A DNA stretch of 62,949 nt, counting the filler, from Choristocarpus tenellus KU-1152 (Eukaryota > Protista > Phaeophyceae), in NCBI GenBank assembly GCA_964200185.2. It is 10 parts of 10 records of this genome, joined end to end, with 100 filler letters (N's around TTAATTAATTAA, not from the genome) between each part and the next. Parts side by side here need not be neighbours in the genome. Positions count along the whole stretch, not along the records: positions 23,393 to 28,716 come from CAXNAD020011158.1; positions 28,817 to 35,700 come from CAXNAD020007145.1; 8 more parts are not named here. One strand, written 5' to 3'. The notes under the pieces were generated by a model that saw only the letters and a program-made list of their open reading frames with translations, made no database searches and was not told the DNA's origin. Positions 23,293 to 35,800 of the stretch are shown in pieces (positions within the stretch are counted from its first letter, which is position 1; the number at the start of each line of letters is the position of its first letter). The position numbers and the translations under genes were made by a program.

Positions 23293-24163
23293 NNNNNNNN
23301 NNNNNNNNNNNNNNNNNNNNNNNNNNNNNNNNNNNNTTAATTAATTAANNNNNNNNNNNNNNNNNNNNNNNNNNNNNNNNNNNNNNNNNNNNCCCCCCCC
23401 CAAGATACTTTGATCCGGTGGCATCCAAACCAAGCCCATTGGCAAACTTTAGCAGGCCTCACTGAAATCCTATTTTCCTGCTGTGGACACTAATATCAAG
23501 GAGAAAGACCCCTGCCCCCCAATGCTTCACTGGACTACTATTAGTCGAAACAGTATTTCAGAAAGCACCTGACAAAACTAAGAGGACTACGCATATACAA
23601 TCCATTGCAAAAGGAGGGAATCAACAGGCAGCACACCAATTCCAGACTCAATACTCAACTCTATCCTCTCTGCACGTTTCGGCTTGCCTGCCTTCGTATT
23701 AAACATCTCAGGATCCATTCGCCCAGCAATAGTGGCAATGGGTGACTGCAAAACAGAGTTCATGCAAGAGGAGGGAAGTGTGAAAGACATTGGAGTGAAA
23801 ACAAACATCGTCTCCACCAGGCTACAAATCTGGTTCAGTCCTACTCGATTACTACTAGATGCACAGTAGTGCAATTTTCCACATGCCCATCCCTGGAACA
23901 GTCAATACACACAAGACGAGGGTCAACACAAGACGGTTTAGGAGTGCTTTTAACGCTATTTGCCAGGCAACAGTGTTAGGGTTTTGAAGCACTCCCATCG
24001 CAAGCATCACCCAAAGTCCCTGTGCAATCATTCAAATTAGTCTCTTAACTGGACTCAAATCCATGGTATATTAATCCATGCAACAGTGCATTTAAGTTAT
24101 CAATCCATCCATCCATCTGCCCACCTGACAATTCATCTATTTCATACAGAAATTTCCTCTCAC

Positions 24164-25722
24164 CTGAAGGTCCAGGTCGTCATAACTCCGAGGGAGGTTT
24201 TGCATTCCCAGAACATCAGGGTCCTCGACATCCTCAAATGGATAACGTGTGTTCTTTCTCCGCGCATCTAAAGCTTCTAATGCTTCCAACAGCTCATCTG
24301 GGAGCCCTTCAAGATCATCTGCATTGTCTCCGGAAGACTGGAGGCAAAAGTATAATCATGGGAGGTCCAGATTGCAAAAGGAATGAGTCAATGGACGTGG
24401 TGGAATGAGATTGGCTAAGCCTAATCGATTGATATCAATGTCCTTTCGACAAGCAACACAACTTCGCCATAAAATGTGCTATTCTAGTAGCCAATGTGCT
24501 ATGCTAGCAGTCAAGTCCCCGATGGCTTCTTTCCTTGGCTCTCCAGAGAGTGAACTGACTACTATAGGATCAGCAATTCACATAAAACAATGGGGCACAC
24601 ACTGCCTGAGTGCACCGCAGCAGTGCAACATATCACTCTTAAGATAGGTGCTTGCTGGTGTCTACATTGTTGTGCCAAGTACTCCGTTCCCTAACTTCAA
24701 ACAAGGAAATAGGTTGAACGTCTTTGGTGTAGTTCATATCCACAAATGACTTGACTACCTCAGGAACTAGATTGGGTTTGATGTGTCGAGACTCTTACAT
24801 CTCAAAGATACTTCATTTTCCCAGCTATTATTCTCACTACTTGTCCGCCTGTGGAAGCACCAGTTGTAATACTCCTGCAGACCCGATTAACCTGTAGCTG
24901 GGATTAGAATAGCACAATGTTGTAGTCCTTCCAAGCCCACGTCCCATATCGACTCATTCGTTTGCCGAAGGAGCGCCGATCATGAACCTACTTATGTAAG
25001 TATATCAGGAAGTGCCCAACTCCAGCGCATAAAACCAAGATTGGTCGTTGGCTTGAGGCCGCCCCCTTAACACGTTACCCTTGAGCTCGCCCTCACATGG
25101 TTGCGTCTACTTAGACAATTTGATGTAAGCGGAACGCAAGGCCAGTTTTCCCGCCACATAGGTAGGCCATATTTCGAACTTATAAACTCCCCATAAAACA
25201 CACTAGAGCACAGTAATGTACGGCGACACGCCAGCACCACCTGCTTGACTTCTTGACTCTAGAAATCGGAGCAGCTGACTTTCTCAGAAGACAGTCCGCG
25301 TGAGGCTAGAGCACTGGACCCATAAGATGTTGGGATAATGCACATGAACATTTTCATATCAAGGAAAATAGCGCATCGTTATATCGGCCATCTACATAGT
25401 AGCGTTGCGCAAAGCAAAACACAAACGATTGTTCAACCTACGTGTTCGTCTTTTCTTCAAATGTCCAGGCTGAATGACACCGCCACCAGCGCTCTTTGGT
25501 AAGGAGGCGGCCCACCTAGAGCCCTTTTTCACTCACCGCATCTGACATCCTCATTACAGAACGGTCATGCCGAACTCGAGATGACTCAAAAGGAAATGCA
25601 GGTGAACGTCGTGCAATAGTGGGAAGTCTCCAGGTGGTGCGAGGGGAAAGAAAGGCAATGCAATCACTAGGGGAAAAAACTGCAAAGATGGCGGTGTTGA
25701 TGGCTACTAGCCCAAGCATCAT
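24164..25722 (-). CDS. Probable plastid-targeted orphan protein (exon 1 25722-25516; acidic exon 24337-24164; links uncertain)
   Basis: Exon 1 MMLGLVAINTAIFAVFSPSDCIA|FLSPRTTWRL... is a signal peptide plus A-F cleavage motif and R/S-rich transit peptide, ending at a GT donor. The clean 174-bp AG/GT exon reads SSGDNADDLEGLPDELLEALEALD... Confidence 0.45.
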
Positions 25723-26781
25723 ACATCGTGGTGCACAACCCCCGGAAAGTAGAGGTTTGGGCATTGGCCTTCTGCAAACCAGATCCCGTAGGCAAACTGC
25801 AAATTGTATTGTTCACACTACTTGATGATGGATATGAGGCGGCGAGCAACCTACACGATAGAACACGCGCGACGCTTCTCCCTATCCAATTTATCTTGTT
25901 TTATAACTCAACACCACCACTTACACACTACTAGTAGACACAACCAAAAACATTGAAAACAACCTAACACCCCAGGAGTTATGTTAGCAACGCCAAATGC
26001 CTTTAAATCCCAGGGTGGCAAAGAGAGCTAGACCAACGCCCCGCATCAGTGCAGGTTCTGGTTGATTATATTACATCATGGAATCAACCTTAGCCCGTCC
26101 TGCACAACCAAGAATCGAGTGATTCAGCAAGTAAGTCTCGACACCTTGAAGAACCATATATACCAAAGAAACATCAAAGCGATGTTCTCCTATTATATTG
26201 GTTCTATTACACTGGTCTAGGTTACCTAGCCATGCGATGTTATGAAAAATGTAGTAACTAGAGTATTTTACACCAACTATATATTTTTTGCAGTATGTTT
26301 CGTGGTCCAGAGAATATAACACGCAAGACTTCAGATCTGCATCTCTATCCATTGTATGTGGTGGCGTTCTAGCCAATCATTTTGACAGGAATATGACTTT
26401 GTTGTTCTCGCGCTCTCAGTTCAGTCGAACCCAGGGACTAGATATAGATGAATGTCGGTATGATTCCTGTTCTGTCTGCCACCAATCTCTCTGCATTGCA
26501 ACTCCGAGTAAAGTCAATCCTAACACAAGAAAAAAAAGTACGTTTTGGTATGAATAGTTGGAATGTCAAGTACATAATGGATTCAATTTTTTTGCCATAC
26601 AAGAATGAAGAGTAGTTGCAAATAAATATTCATCTCTTCGTGTCTAGCGATCTAGCGATAGCTACTACTACTACTAATACGTACTGCACTGCTTACTACA
26701 ATATATCTCTTTTTTGGTACTCTCAGCAAGAGTTTCCAGTTGTTATGGCGGTTGTGTTTTTGTTGTCCCCAAAGGGACGGA

Positions 26782-26957
26782 CCTCACTTGGCTGAAGTGT
26801 AATGCCAAGGAAATCTAGCTAGAGCGTTGCAAGCAACGCTGGACCCAGCGATTTCAAAAACAGGTGTGAAATTTGATCTCCGGTGGAGATCATCTAGTTT
26901 TCACACTAGATAGAACAGATACTACACATGATCTTAGCCAAAAGGCCGAGAAGGTAT
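26782..26957 (-). ncRNA. U2: U2 spliceosomal snRNA
   Basis: 5' ATACCTTCTCGGCCTTTTGGCTAAGATCA.GTGTAGTATCTGTTCT (stem I plus branch-point recognition GUAGUA). Stem IIa TCTAGT-GTGAAA-ACTAGA, IIb GATCTCC..GGAGATC, IIc complement TTTCACAC, U5 Sm-like tract, stem IV CTTGGC/GCCAAG. 3' end approximate. Confidence 0.95.
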
Positions 26958-27074
26958 GTCTCTGATATCATCAAAAAAATGGTTTATAAACAAAGAGTGC
27001 ATTTTCCCACATACATTTGTCACAAACGTGGCAAGTAAGCCCGATCCTTACTCAAACATTATGAAGGTGTTCTT

Positions 27075-27147
27075 TTGCTTCAGTGATTAAGGTGGGTGTT
27101 CTTTGCATGGATATTTTGGGTTCGAACCCCTTCGACACCAGACTTCT
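27075..27147 (+). repeat. tRNA-derived SINE head or pseudo-tRNA (homolog 53640-53717)
   Basis: A-box-like TCAGTG.TTAAG, B-box GGTTCGAACCCC, then CCA-GACTTCT shared with the 53.6-kb copy. Confidence 0.5.
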
Positions 27148-27609
27148 CTCCCCCAAAATGTGGTTTCCATTACAATTTACACATCATGGCAACACTATGA
27201 ATTGTACACCTGTACTATCCCGTCTGCGGCTATACCTGCGTCTATCAGTTAAGCATCCCCAACAATGTGAACACAAGTATCCTGAAGTAGAGACAAGATA
27301 ACAGCATCTAATGGATTGGCGTGTGTGCTTACGCTGGTATATATACAGCACAGTCATGACATAGGTATGGATAGGAATTGACTTTTCTTGGGAAAGATGC
27401 CAAGTGTATCTCTTCCTCACGACGTTATTCCTTTATGTCATCTTGTGGGCGTTGCACAAAGCCCTCATCAATGTCCTCAAGGTTAGCGCATATCGTTGTT
27501 CTGGTGTTGTGACTGTGCAGTTTCCGCTTTCTTGTCATCATATTCACTGAAAAGAAAGGCCTCTCTAGGACATCTCCGGTGATCATCGATGTGGACCATC
27601 CAAATTTTA

Positions 27610-27867
27610 GATCCAAAGCATTTAAGAGCATAGGACCGCGTCCGTTCGGGATCATAAATCCAATGTTGCGATTTTGCCGAATTTTGGCTATCGTGTTTGT
27701 TAGTATGTGTCAATATCCTTGCGCCAGGCACACCTATCAAAGTCATACGATTTAGGTAACTGTGTTCACGCAGAAAACCGAAAAAGGGCATAAAAAATCC
27801 GTGGGAAGCCAAGCCCCGAACAGACAAAAATAGCAAAACCCCTACCCTCTTAAATGCTTTTGGTCTC
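27610..27867. mobile_element. MITE family A, subfamily A2
   Basis: TIR variant AAAGCATTTAAGAG and a different central segment (GTGTTCAC.CAGAAAACCGAAAAAGGGCATAAAA). Confidence 0.85.
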
Positions 27868-29950
27868 TCTGTGGAACATGACAGTTTGATGTTCCTAATT
27901 CAACATAATGCATCAAAATGGCTACCTGACTGACAACATGAGTATACACTCAACATAATACCTTAATACCATTACTACCTTATTATGACTATTTTTGGGT
28001 TTTTCTCCCTTCAACATAATAGTACCTTTTGACACGCTCTGCTGTCACACAGGGGTAAGGAAGAGGCAGTTGTCTGCTGAACTTGAAAATATGCTGAAGG
28101 TAGACAATGAGACTTTTTCTGTGGCTGATAAAATTGTGATGGATGGAGAGTAATAATAATAGAAAGAGTGAACCTATCCAGAAATTCGTCAAGGATTCCA
28201 ATTCTTCTTTCAGAAATGAATTTCATCAACATCTTCAAAAGTTATGGACAACGCAGCACAGACTTATGGGACGGAGGTAGTATTTTTATTGTGAAAAATT
28301 AGTAGATTTACTTTAAAACATGTCTGAAGTACTATTTTAATATTATTGGAATTATTGAAATATAAATATAATTCCGGTAATAATATTTCTTGGTTACTAT
28401 TATTATCATTGAAGGACAAGGAGGAACTGTACTATTGATCTAACCCCACAGTGCACTTCAGTCCAAGCAATAAGTGTCCAGCGATTGATTGTTGATGCAC
28501 TGCAACGTTGAAGTTTATACCGACAGGAGTGAGGCAGCACAATGTTGCACCTTTGACGGATTTGGCTTATGTTGGTCCGTCCATCAACAAAAGGGCGTGT
28601 TGGACATTTGGGGTCACTCATAACTAAGACCAAAATGTCTTGGTTTCAAACAGGTGTACCTTTTTTGTGCCATGGAAACGACTATCGTGTACCAAAAAAG
28701 ACCCAAAGCATCTGGGNNNNNNNNNNNNNNNNNNNNNNNNNNNNNNNNNNNNNNNNNNNNTTAATTAATTAANNNNNNNNNNNNNNNNNNNNNNNNNNNN
28801 NNNNNNNNNNNNNNNNCCAAATCACCCAAAAATCGTGACATAAAAGAATTGCCCCCAAATGGACAACCGCCCCCCCCCCCCCCAGATACTTTGAACCAGT
28901 AAATGAGAGGTACCCAGGTTTTGGCCATTTTCCATTTGGAGCCAGTTCTTAAAAAAAAAATCGCTTCACCCATATTTCTATGGACGAGTGCTAAGTTTGA
29001 ATTGAGGTCCGTTGATCTCTCTATTGTTTGACGAGACCTTCGGACAGAATTCAGAAAATATAAAAAATAGCATTTTGTAAAAAACAAAAATGACAAATTT
29101 TGTACATGTATGTCAGCATCCTTCAAATGGAACTTTGGTTAACTCTCGTTTAGTTCAACTCATTGCTGAAGTTGTTCAGAAAAATGATGCTGGACTCAAC
29201 AACCTACCCGATCTCTAGCCACGTCCATCTTGAGTGAACCTTGAAGATACTCCATTGCCCACACTTGGCCGGACATAGCAGCCAAGTGCACCAGACTCCG
29301 TCCCTGACAACAGTACATCAGTACAGTACAGGCATTGGACACGTACCTGCAAGCTGTCATCACCTGAATCTTTGTGTTTCCAACCCCCCTGGGCTCAGTT
29401 CAAGGCCTTTGTATTGCAGTGAGCCTTTCTGCAAACTCATTTCATCAGTGTGAGCTCAGCGCAGAATATTCCCATCCCGACATGCACAGATCTGCTTCAC
29501 ATCATTCCGAAGCTGATGGATAACTATTGAGACTACTATTTTTTTTCTTCGCATTACAGAGTTTGAAGCAAGCGCTCTGTTCCCCACTACCCTACAATGC
29601 ATCCCCCAAAGATGGGTGGATTCACTACACTCGAAGGATATGCTTAAGGATTTGAGTTTTTACCCCGCCAAGGATCTTGAGTGTTTTTCCCTTTGCCATG
29701 ATCTCACACATTCAACAATGCACCATTTTGGCAGATCATATGGTTGACAACTCGCTGATGGGAAAAGAATGACAAGAAGCAGTTCTCCCAGCTCCAGCCG
29801 ATGTGTGGGATTAGAGGCCTACCTACCTGCCGTGGTTGTGCCAATGTTGAATCCAAGATTCAAGACATAGGCAATACAAGGTAACGAGAGTCTCTTGGAA
29901 CGTAGTAGGATCCCTATTGTTTCGTGTGTGTGCTCCCCATCCATCTCAAC

Positions 29951-30209
29951 GAGTGAAAAAGCACTTAAGAGGGTAGAGTCGAATAAATCCAATGTTGCGA
30001 TTTTTATTATTTTGGCTATCGTATTTGTTAGCAAGTGTCAACAATACCCTTGCTCCGGACATACCTTTCATAATTGTCTACATTGTACCTACTTCAAAAT
30101 GTTTCTGTGTTCACACAAAAACCGAAAAAGGGCATAAAAAACCCATGGCAAGCCAAGCTCCAAATGGACAAACAGGGCAAAAATCCTACCCTCTTAAATG
30201 CTTTGGGTC
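29951..30209. mobile_element. MITE family A, subfamily A2
   Basis: TIRs with 4-bp TSD CAAC. Confidence 0.9.
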
Positions 30210-30913
30210 CAACCCAGGAAATTACCATGGTTGTGTTGACTAGCGATATATGTGTGCGTAGCTAGGAAGGAGGTGCTGTCCCATACCAAATCACATGCCA
30301 TAGGGTTAGGGTTCTACTTCTACCTTTGATTGAGAATCATGCAGGAAGCATCTGAGTGCATACTTGAGTTTCTGCCTCAAGTTCTATGACATGGGTGTTT
30401 TGAATTCAAGAGGTATTGTCCCATACACTGTGTTTACCCCATAGCAGGAGCCTGATATTGATGTGTACCACCCCTCCTACAGGAGGAGAACAACCATGAA
30501 CTAAGGGTTGCCAAGATTCCCCTACATTTAACACGGACAAGACTGCGTGCTGAATTGACCATTTGTGATCTATTGTTCTTTTTTGCTGCCATGATTTAGA
30601 AGTTAAGGGGAGGTTGAAGGGTTAAGGTATCTTGTGATGCTGCACAGGCTTCCCATTGTTGGAAAGTGTTTTGATACAATGTCCTCCACCCCCTCACTAC
30701 TGAAAGAAAAAATTAAATATATTTATCTTGGCAAGGTAGTTTTTCTATTGGCACCTGCTCACTGCCATACATTGAGCATTCGTTTATTCATACTGCGACT
30801 GCAATTTTCTATGTGGAGCATATATGCTACCCATTTGCCTTTGCCAAAACCTGCTTCTATGGAAACATAGGATACTATTGATTCCCATTTCACACAGGTT
30901 AACAAACACTCAC

Positions 30914-31782
30914 ATCAGGAGTCCGTAGGCCCACCAGGGCATCATTCCCATTGACAGCTCTCTCCAGTTCCAAGCCCTCCACCCCACCATACATAAAGTG
31001 ATCTATCAATCTACATACCAAACCCGACTTTTCTTTTCCCTCGAGGTTGGCAACAAGAGAGGAAAATCTCATTCCTGCTCCCCTCTTTGATCGTTCCCCC
31101 CTTTCTACTGCTACTGGCATCGGTCCATCGTCCACCTTTGCTTGCCACTCTGAAGCCATTATTTTTGGAGTAGGAAGTGTTCCATTATTGTTACATGTCT
31201 CTATATCTGTCCCTGTTCCTCTCCCAGCTGCAAAGAGTCGCAATAAAAATTGAGAGGAGAGGGTAAGGTATCGCAGGAAATCTTTAGATCAATCGAAAAA
31301 GTGTATCCTTCTTGTTCACTTGACAATAAGCCTGTAATATTACACCGTTCAAACCCCCTCAAGTTTGGAAGAATTCCAAGTTTTAAAATTCTATTTAAAA
31401 AAATATATATATTCTTAAGAATGTTTAGTATTTAGGATTCATTCCCTAGGTGTTCTTGCAACATCGTAAAGGGGTGAAGATTTCTCCCTTACCTTCACAG
31501 TTATTTAGTCTTCTGAGAATTTTGTTCAAGGTATGCACCTTTTCCATTCGATACCTCTTTTTATTTCATTCATTGTACCATTCACTCACCATTGCCCTGC
31601 AGATCGCAAATCCCTCTCAACTCTCCCTGAGTATCACTCCAGGGACAGGAGACTTTGGAGTCCTTTAGTTCCACTGTGAGCAGGTGTGCTGCAAGGGCGG
31701 CATGAACTGAGGGGACTCCAATTGATGTCTGAGGATGCAACAAAGGGATGGCCAGTTGGTTGTGAGAGGAGAGGTCTTGAAA
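30914..31782 (-). CDS. Internal exons of an unknown multi-exon gene
   Basis: Exon ~31782-31590 (FQDLSSHNQLAIPLLHP...GICDLQGN, phase 1) splices in frame to exon ~31227-31019 (AGRGTGTDIE...KSGL). A further small GT-ending exon lies near 30914-30990. Confidence 0.5.
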
Positions 31783-32555
31783 CCTATGATAGAGAAAATT
31801 AGGGAATAAATTATGCTGGACCAGAGTAGGTCAACTATAGTATACACTTGAAGATTCATAGAGTTAAAAGTCACTGTTGTTGGGGACGGTGAAAGGAAAA
31901 AATAATATTAAATCATTATTATCTGACTCAAAACAGACCATGAGCCTCCCCAGTGGTATGGATGCTGCTACTATTTATGCAATGTACCCTACCTACCTAC
32001 CTCGTCTATGACATTACTGTTCATAGAAATATAGGCTGTGGAATAGGATTCCTGCTAGTGTTGGGGTTATTGCTAGGGTTAGAGATAGGGATCTGCCTGA
32101 TATACCAATCTAGGGAACACCAACATGATTCTGTGAGATCTGTGTAAGAGTTTTAAGTCTTCATTCCTTGCACATCGAATAACATAGTTTTAGCAGGTTT
32201 GAGACAAAGTCTTCACACTGTTCTACTTCAATCTACTACAGCACATTATCTTGATTAGACTCTGCTAGCAAGAGGGATAGGAGTCATTACAAATAATTTA
32301 GGCATAGATTGGTGTGCTCACTATCGCATATAATTTCATTTTTCATTTTATCTGAGTTTTCATTGCAGCTCAGCAAGAACATTTTCTTTGGCATCTCATA
32401 AGTTCGAGGAGGAACCAGGAAAGTTTTTCCGCACCAAGGAAACAAAAGCTCCCCATAAAAACGAGACCTTAGCTATTGATGTGTATGTAGACGTTGATGG
32501 TTGTTTGTTGTGGTTGGTCATTAAAAACAATGCTGCGCTACTTGAGAGAGAAGAA

Positions 32556-33185
32556 TCAGAGAACTGCAAACAACTTGATTCCATGAGCACTACACAATTC
32601 AGCGTTTTTCACCGGATACAACAACGTGCACCCTGTTATCCAAGCGGTTGCTTCAACACACCCAACCTGGACGTTTAGTGCAAATAATCTTCCATTGAGG
32701 AAGATTGGGGCCCCGTTTATTCCATCACTTTCTGCTGGGAGAGGCCTCCCATATACTGCGTAATTGTCCACCACTGCCTCAATATGTACAGGAATACTCG
32801 TTTTGCAACCTCCACGAACATGAGCCACCAATTCCAGCACATCCAGAGTAGTCTTACTTTCTGTTTCTTCCTCAAGAAGTACCGCATTATGGTCATTTTG
32901 CTGGGTGTCAGAATTTTCATGGACTGGCAGATCCAGTTTCAATGCGCAAGTCACCATGTGTGTACAGGTTTGTCCATGTTCTTGACTACTTTGTGGAGAG
33001 AGTTGGTTGAAGATATGAGGCGTGGTGAACCGCGTCTTCCATCCACATCTGGTGCCCTTGATATTAAGGGTATCCTCTCGGATTGCCAGTTCAACGGGAG
33101 ATATGGGGCCAATTCTGGCTATATCTCCACATGCGGTGATGACGACTGGACTACTAGGGAAACATTCGAAGAGGACGTTTGGCAT
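32556..33185 (-). CDS. Unknown ORF, weakly trypsin-like protease C-terminal pattern; possibly degenerate
   Basis: 209 open codons. DGINGAPIFLNGRLFALNV resembles GxSGxPxFxxG of PA-clan proteases but lacks the catalytic Ser. Confidence 0.25.
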   Translation of the reverse strand: MPNVLFECFPSSPVVITACGDIARIGPISPVELAIREDTLNIKGTRCGWKTRFTTPHIFNQLSPQSSQEHGQTCTHMVTCALKLDLPVHENSDTQQNDHNAVLLEEETESKTTLDVLELVAHVRGGCKTSIPVHIEAVVDNYAVYGRPLPAESDGINGAPIFLNGRLFALNVQVGCVEATAWITGCTLLYPVKNAELCSAHGIKLFAVL

Positions 33186-33808
33186 GAGGGGAACCTATAT
33201 TTTTGTCGTGAAAAGGTAGCATTCGCGAGGATTAAGCAGAAACAGTCTGAGAGTGAGGTCGCAGTAACTTGAGCAAGCTCCAGCAATGTAAACAAAGACA
33301 GTGCATAGCTTGTCGAGGCCTCTGGAAATTTTGAGAAGAAACAGGTGAATGCATCACCACGACAATTTCGACCAACTCTTACATCAGTGGGAAGGGATCA
33401 GAATCCCATCGGGGTGCAACCTTTCGCCTACTTAGGTCCTTTTGGAAAATGAAAGTGTCACCCAATAGAATCGACATCAAATATTTGGCTCAGGAGCAGA
33501 TCAGGGCGCAACAGACCCGGACAGGGTGCGAATCCTCAGGCAAGAAAAAGTCCACCAGACAGCTGAGGGCAGCAGCGGGAGTGGGGAGCAGGTGGGCCCC
33601 AGTCGTGATGCACGTATGTCCCTTGTATCTAACGACAACTCCAGTCCCTTCCCCGTAGCAGGGGTATATGGAGGTGATCTGCGCAGAGGTGATTAGGTAA
33701 ATGTTTAACCCTCCCAGATTGGTGATAAATTGAAGTTATCTATCTTGACCTTTCCATGTTCAATTCGCGCTTTTCTCTGGGGAACTATCAAACGGATGCA
33801 TGTATAGA

Positions 33809-33809
<1 letters not shown>

Positions 33810-33854
<45 letters not shown>

Positions 33855-33855
33855 C
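33810..33855. repeat. (CT)n microsatellite
   Basis: Visible dinucleotide run. Confidence 0.9.
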
Positions 33856-34508
33856 ACATATATGTATACATACGTGCCACGGTATAATTGTATATGGTTC
33901 TAGTAGCCTCCATTCTCCCTTTATAGCTAATTCCTCATGCTAAAACTTGACGGGGGAATAAGAGGCTACTTCGTACGGATAAGAATCACCATGCATACTC
34001 CTCGATGGTGGAAATCTCTCTCTGCATGGTGATGCTCGATCAAGTCAGGACTAAGCGCGGCTTCTGGAGGTGCTAGAGTTCTCATTACGAGTGATTGTCC
34101 TTTACTACAAACGCGTATGGACCTGTGGGGTATCCCATCAACTAAACAATGTTGAGATCAGCCAGGTCTCAAATTAACAACAGAGAGTGAGAATTCCTCC
34201 AACTGAACAACCAGGCCAATCGTTAGGAAGAAACATATTCAACACAAAATATTAAAGTAATGGTATGGATAGGATTCTTACTGATGTCATTGAAAACATT
34301 GTACTTCTATATTTCTACAAACATTGATGAGTGACGAATGAAACCGTGATACTTCAATTTCATGGAATATGCCAGTAAACAAATACGTGATTTGTCCTCT
34401 ATAATTGTTATTACCTTATAGGTGTTTCGCATTCAAAATCAGGAATCATCTTCGTACCAACAATTTGTTTTCCAACTATTTCCCTTCTCTCCCAATCCCC
34501 CAAGCATC

Positions 34509-34689
34509 ATGGCTGACAACGCTGGCGTATCAGAGTCAGGGGATTCGTCGCCCACGCCGACATTAGGAGCGAAGTTGGTGAAACGTCTGCTACAACTTCA
34601 CTGGGATCGGGATGACAGATCAGAGGGTGCTAAGATAAACCCGGATGGCTTACTGATGACTGGGGAGCTTCTGCGGAAATTTGTCGTGG
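34509..34689 (+). CDS. CENPX: Centromere protein X / MHF2, first exon
   Basis: LVKRLLQLHW...KINPDGLLMTGELLRKFVV matches the CENP-X histone-fold N-half pattern (LVSRLLHLHF..TKVSGDAL.LMVELLKVFVVEA). Ends at the donor G|GTGAGC. Confidence 0.8.
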
Positions 34690-35608
34690 GTGAGCGCTGG
34701 TAGTGTTGCGGTGATTCTAAAGTTAAGGGTAAGTCACTCACCATTGAGTAGAAATGATTTTGATCCCTGTACTTTTGATGCAGAAGGGTGATCGATATGA
34801 TGCGAAAAACATCCTTTGTGCTCGGATTTTTGATTATAGTCTTCGATGATAACAAGTAGATTGCTGTGTCAGGGTCGATGGCTGGTATCATATGGTAACT
34901 TACATAGATGGTGATATGAATAGGGCAGAGCTATTGCGCGACATGGGCAAGCATGTCACGCACCCCAGTGGATTCATGTTCAAACGCTACCGCTTAGCCT
35001 AGCCCTACGTTTCAGTCCAGGGTGCATGCCGCTTGGGGTCAAGCAGGGTGCAATTGATTGAGGTGGGGTTTACACCGCTGATATTGAGTGGTTAGGTATA
35101 TGCAAGTGCCACAGAGCATGAATGTGGTGGATACGTTCAGATATTGACCTTTCCATATTGGAAGGCAATGTCTGCGGACTGTACGTACTTACAAGCACAA
35201 CCCTTAATAGACCCACAGTTGTAGGCTAGATACCCAGTTTGTGGGCATTCTTTTGATTTGGTGAACGATGACCCTGATCCATGCCAATCGTCAGCGTCCC
35301 ATCCCTACGTCGGGATCGTTGGGCGACCTCTAACTACTGCGTATCTTGTCTGTACCTTTGTGGTAGATTTCTCAGCGCTTTCTTCTTCCACCTCCCGAGC
35401 ACACGTCGTGGACCCAATCCATATTTGTGGTGCTGGTGTAGTCCTTTACCCTTAGCCTAGTTATGTCGCCTCTACTCTGTCTCGCCATATCGATGTCATT
35501 CCACAGTTCCTGCGCCACTATTCTTTGATACTTTCTCCAACAATCCCACCGTGTAGTAGATGGCTCTATGTTAATGTTGGAGCTACAAGTGCTGTAGATT
35601 TGAAAATT

Positions 35609-35700
35609 GGGTCAAAGTATCTTGGGGAGGGTGTCGGCGTCCGTTTGTCACCCTTTTTTCGATTTTCACTTTTTTGATGTGATTTGGTCGCACGTGTCGG
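35609..35700 (+). mobile_element. Family B-related TIR terminus (nearly identical to 62879-62949)
   Basis: GGGTCAAAGTATCTTGGGGAGGGTGTCGGCGTCCGTTT... Confidence 0.8.
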
Positions 35701-35800
35701 NNNNNNNNNNNNNNNNNNNNNNNNNNNNNNNNNNNNNNNNNNNNTTAATTAATTAANNNNNNNNNNNNNNNNNNNNNNNNNNNNNNNNNNNNNNNNNNNN

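Noticed and set aside
33984-34032. 11-bp hairpin ATCACCATGCA/TGCATGGTGAT as a miRNA or ncRNA
   Set aside because: The stem is short with a large loop, overlaps a plausible exon and has no family motif.
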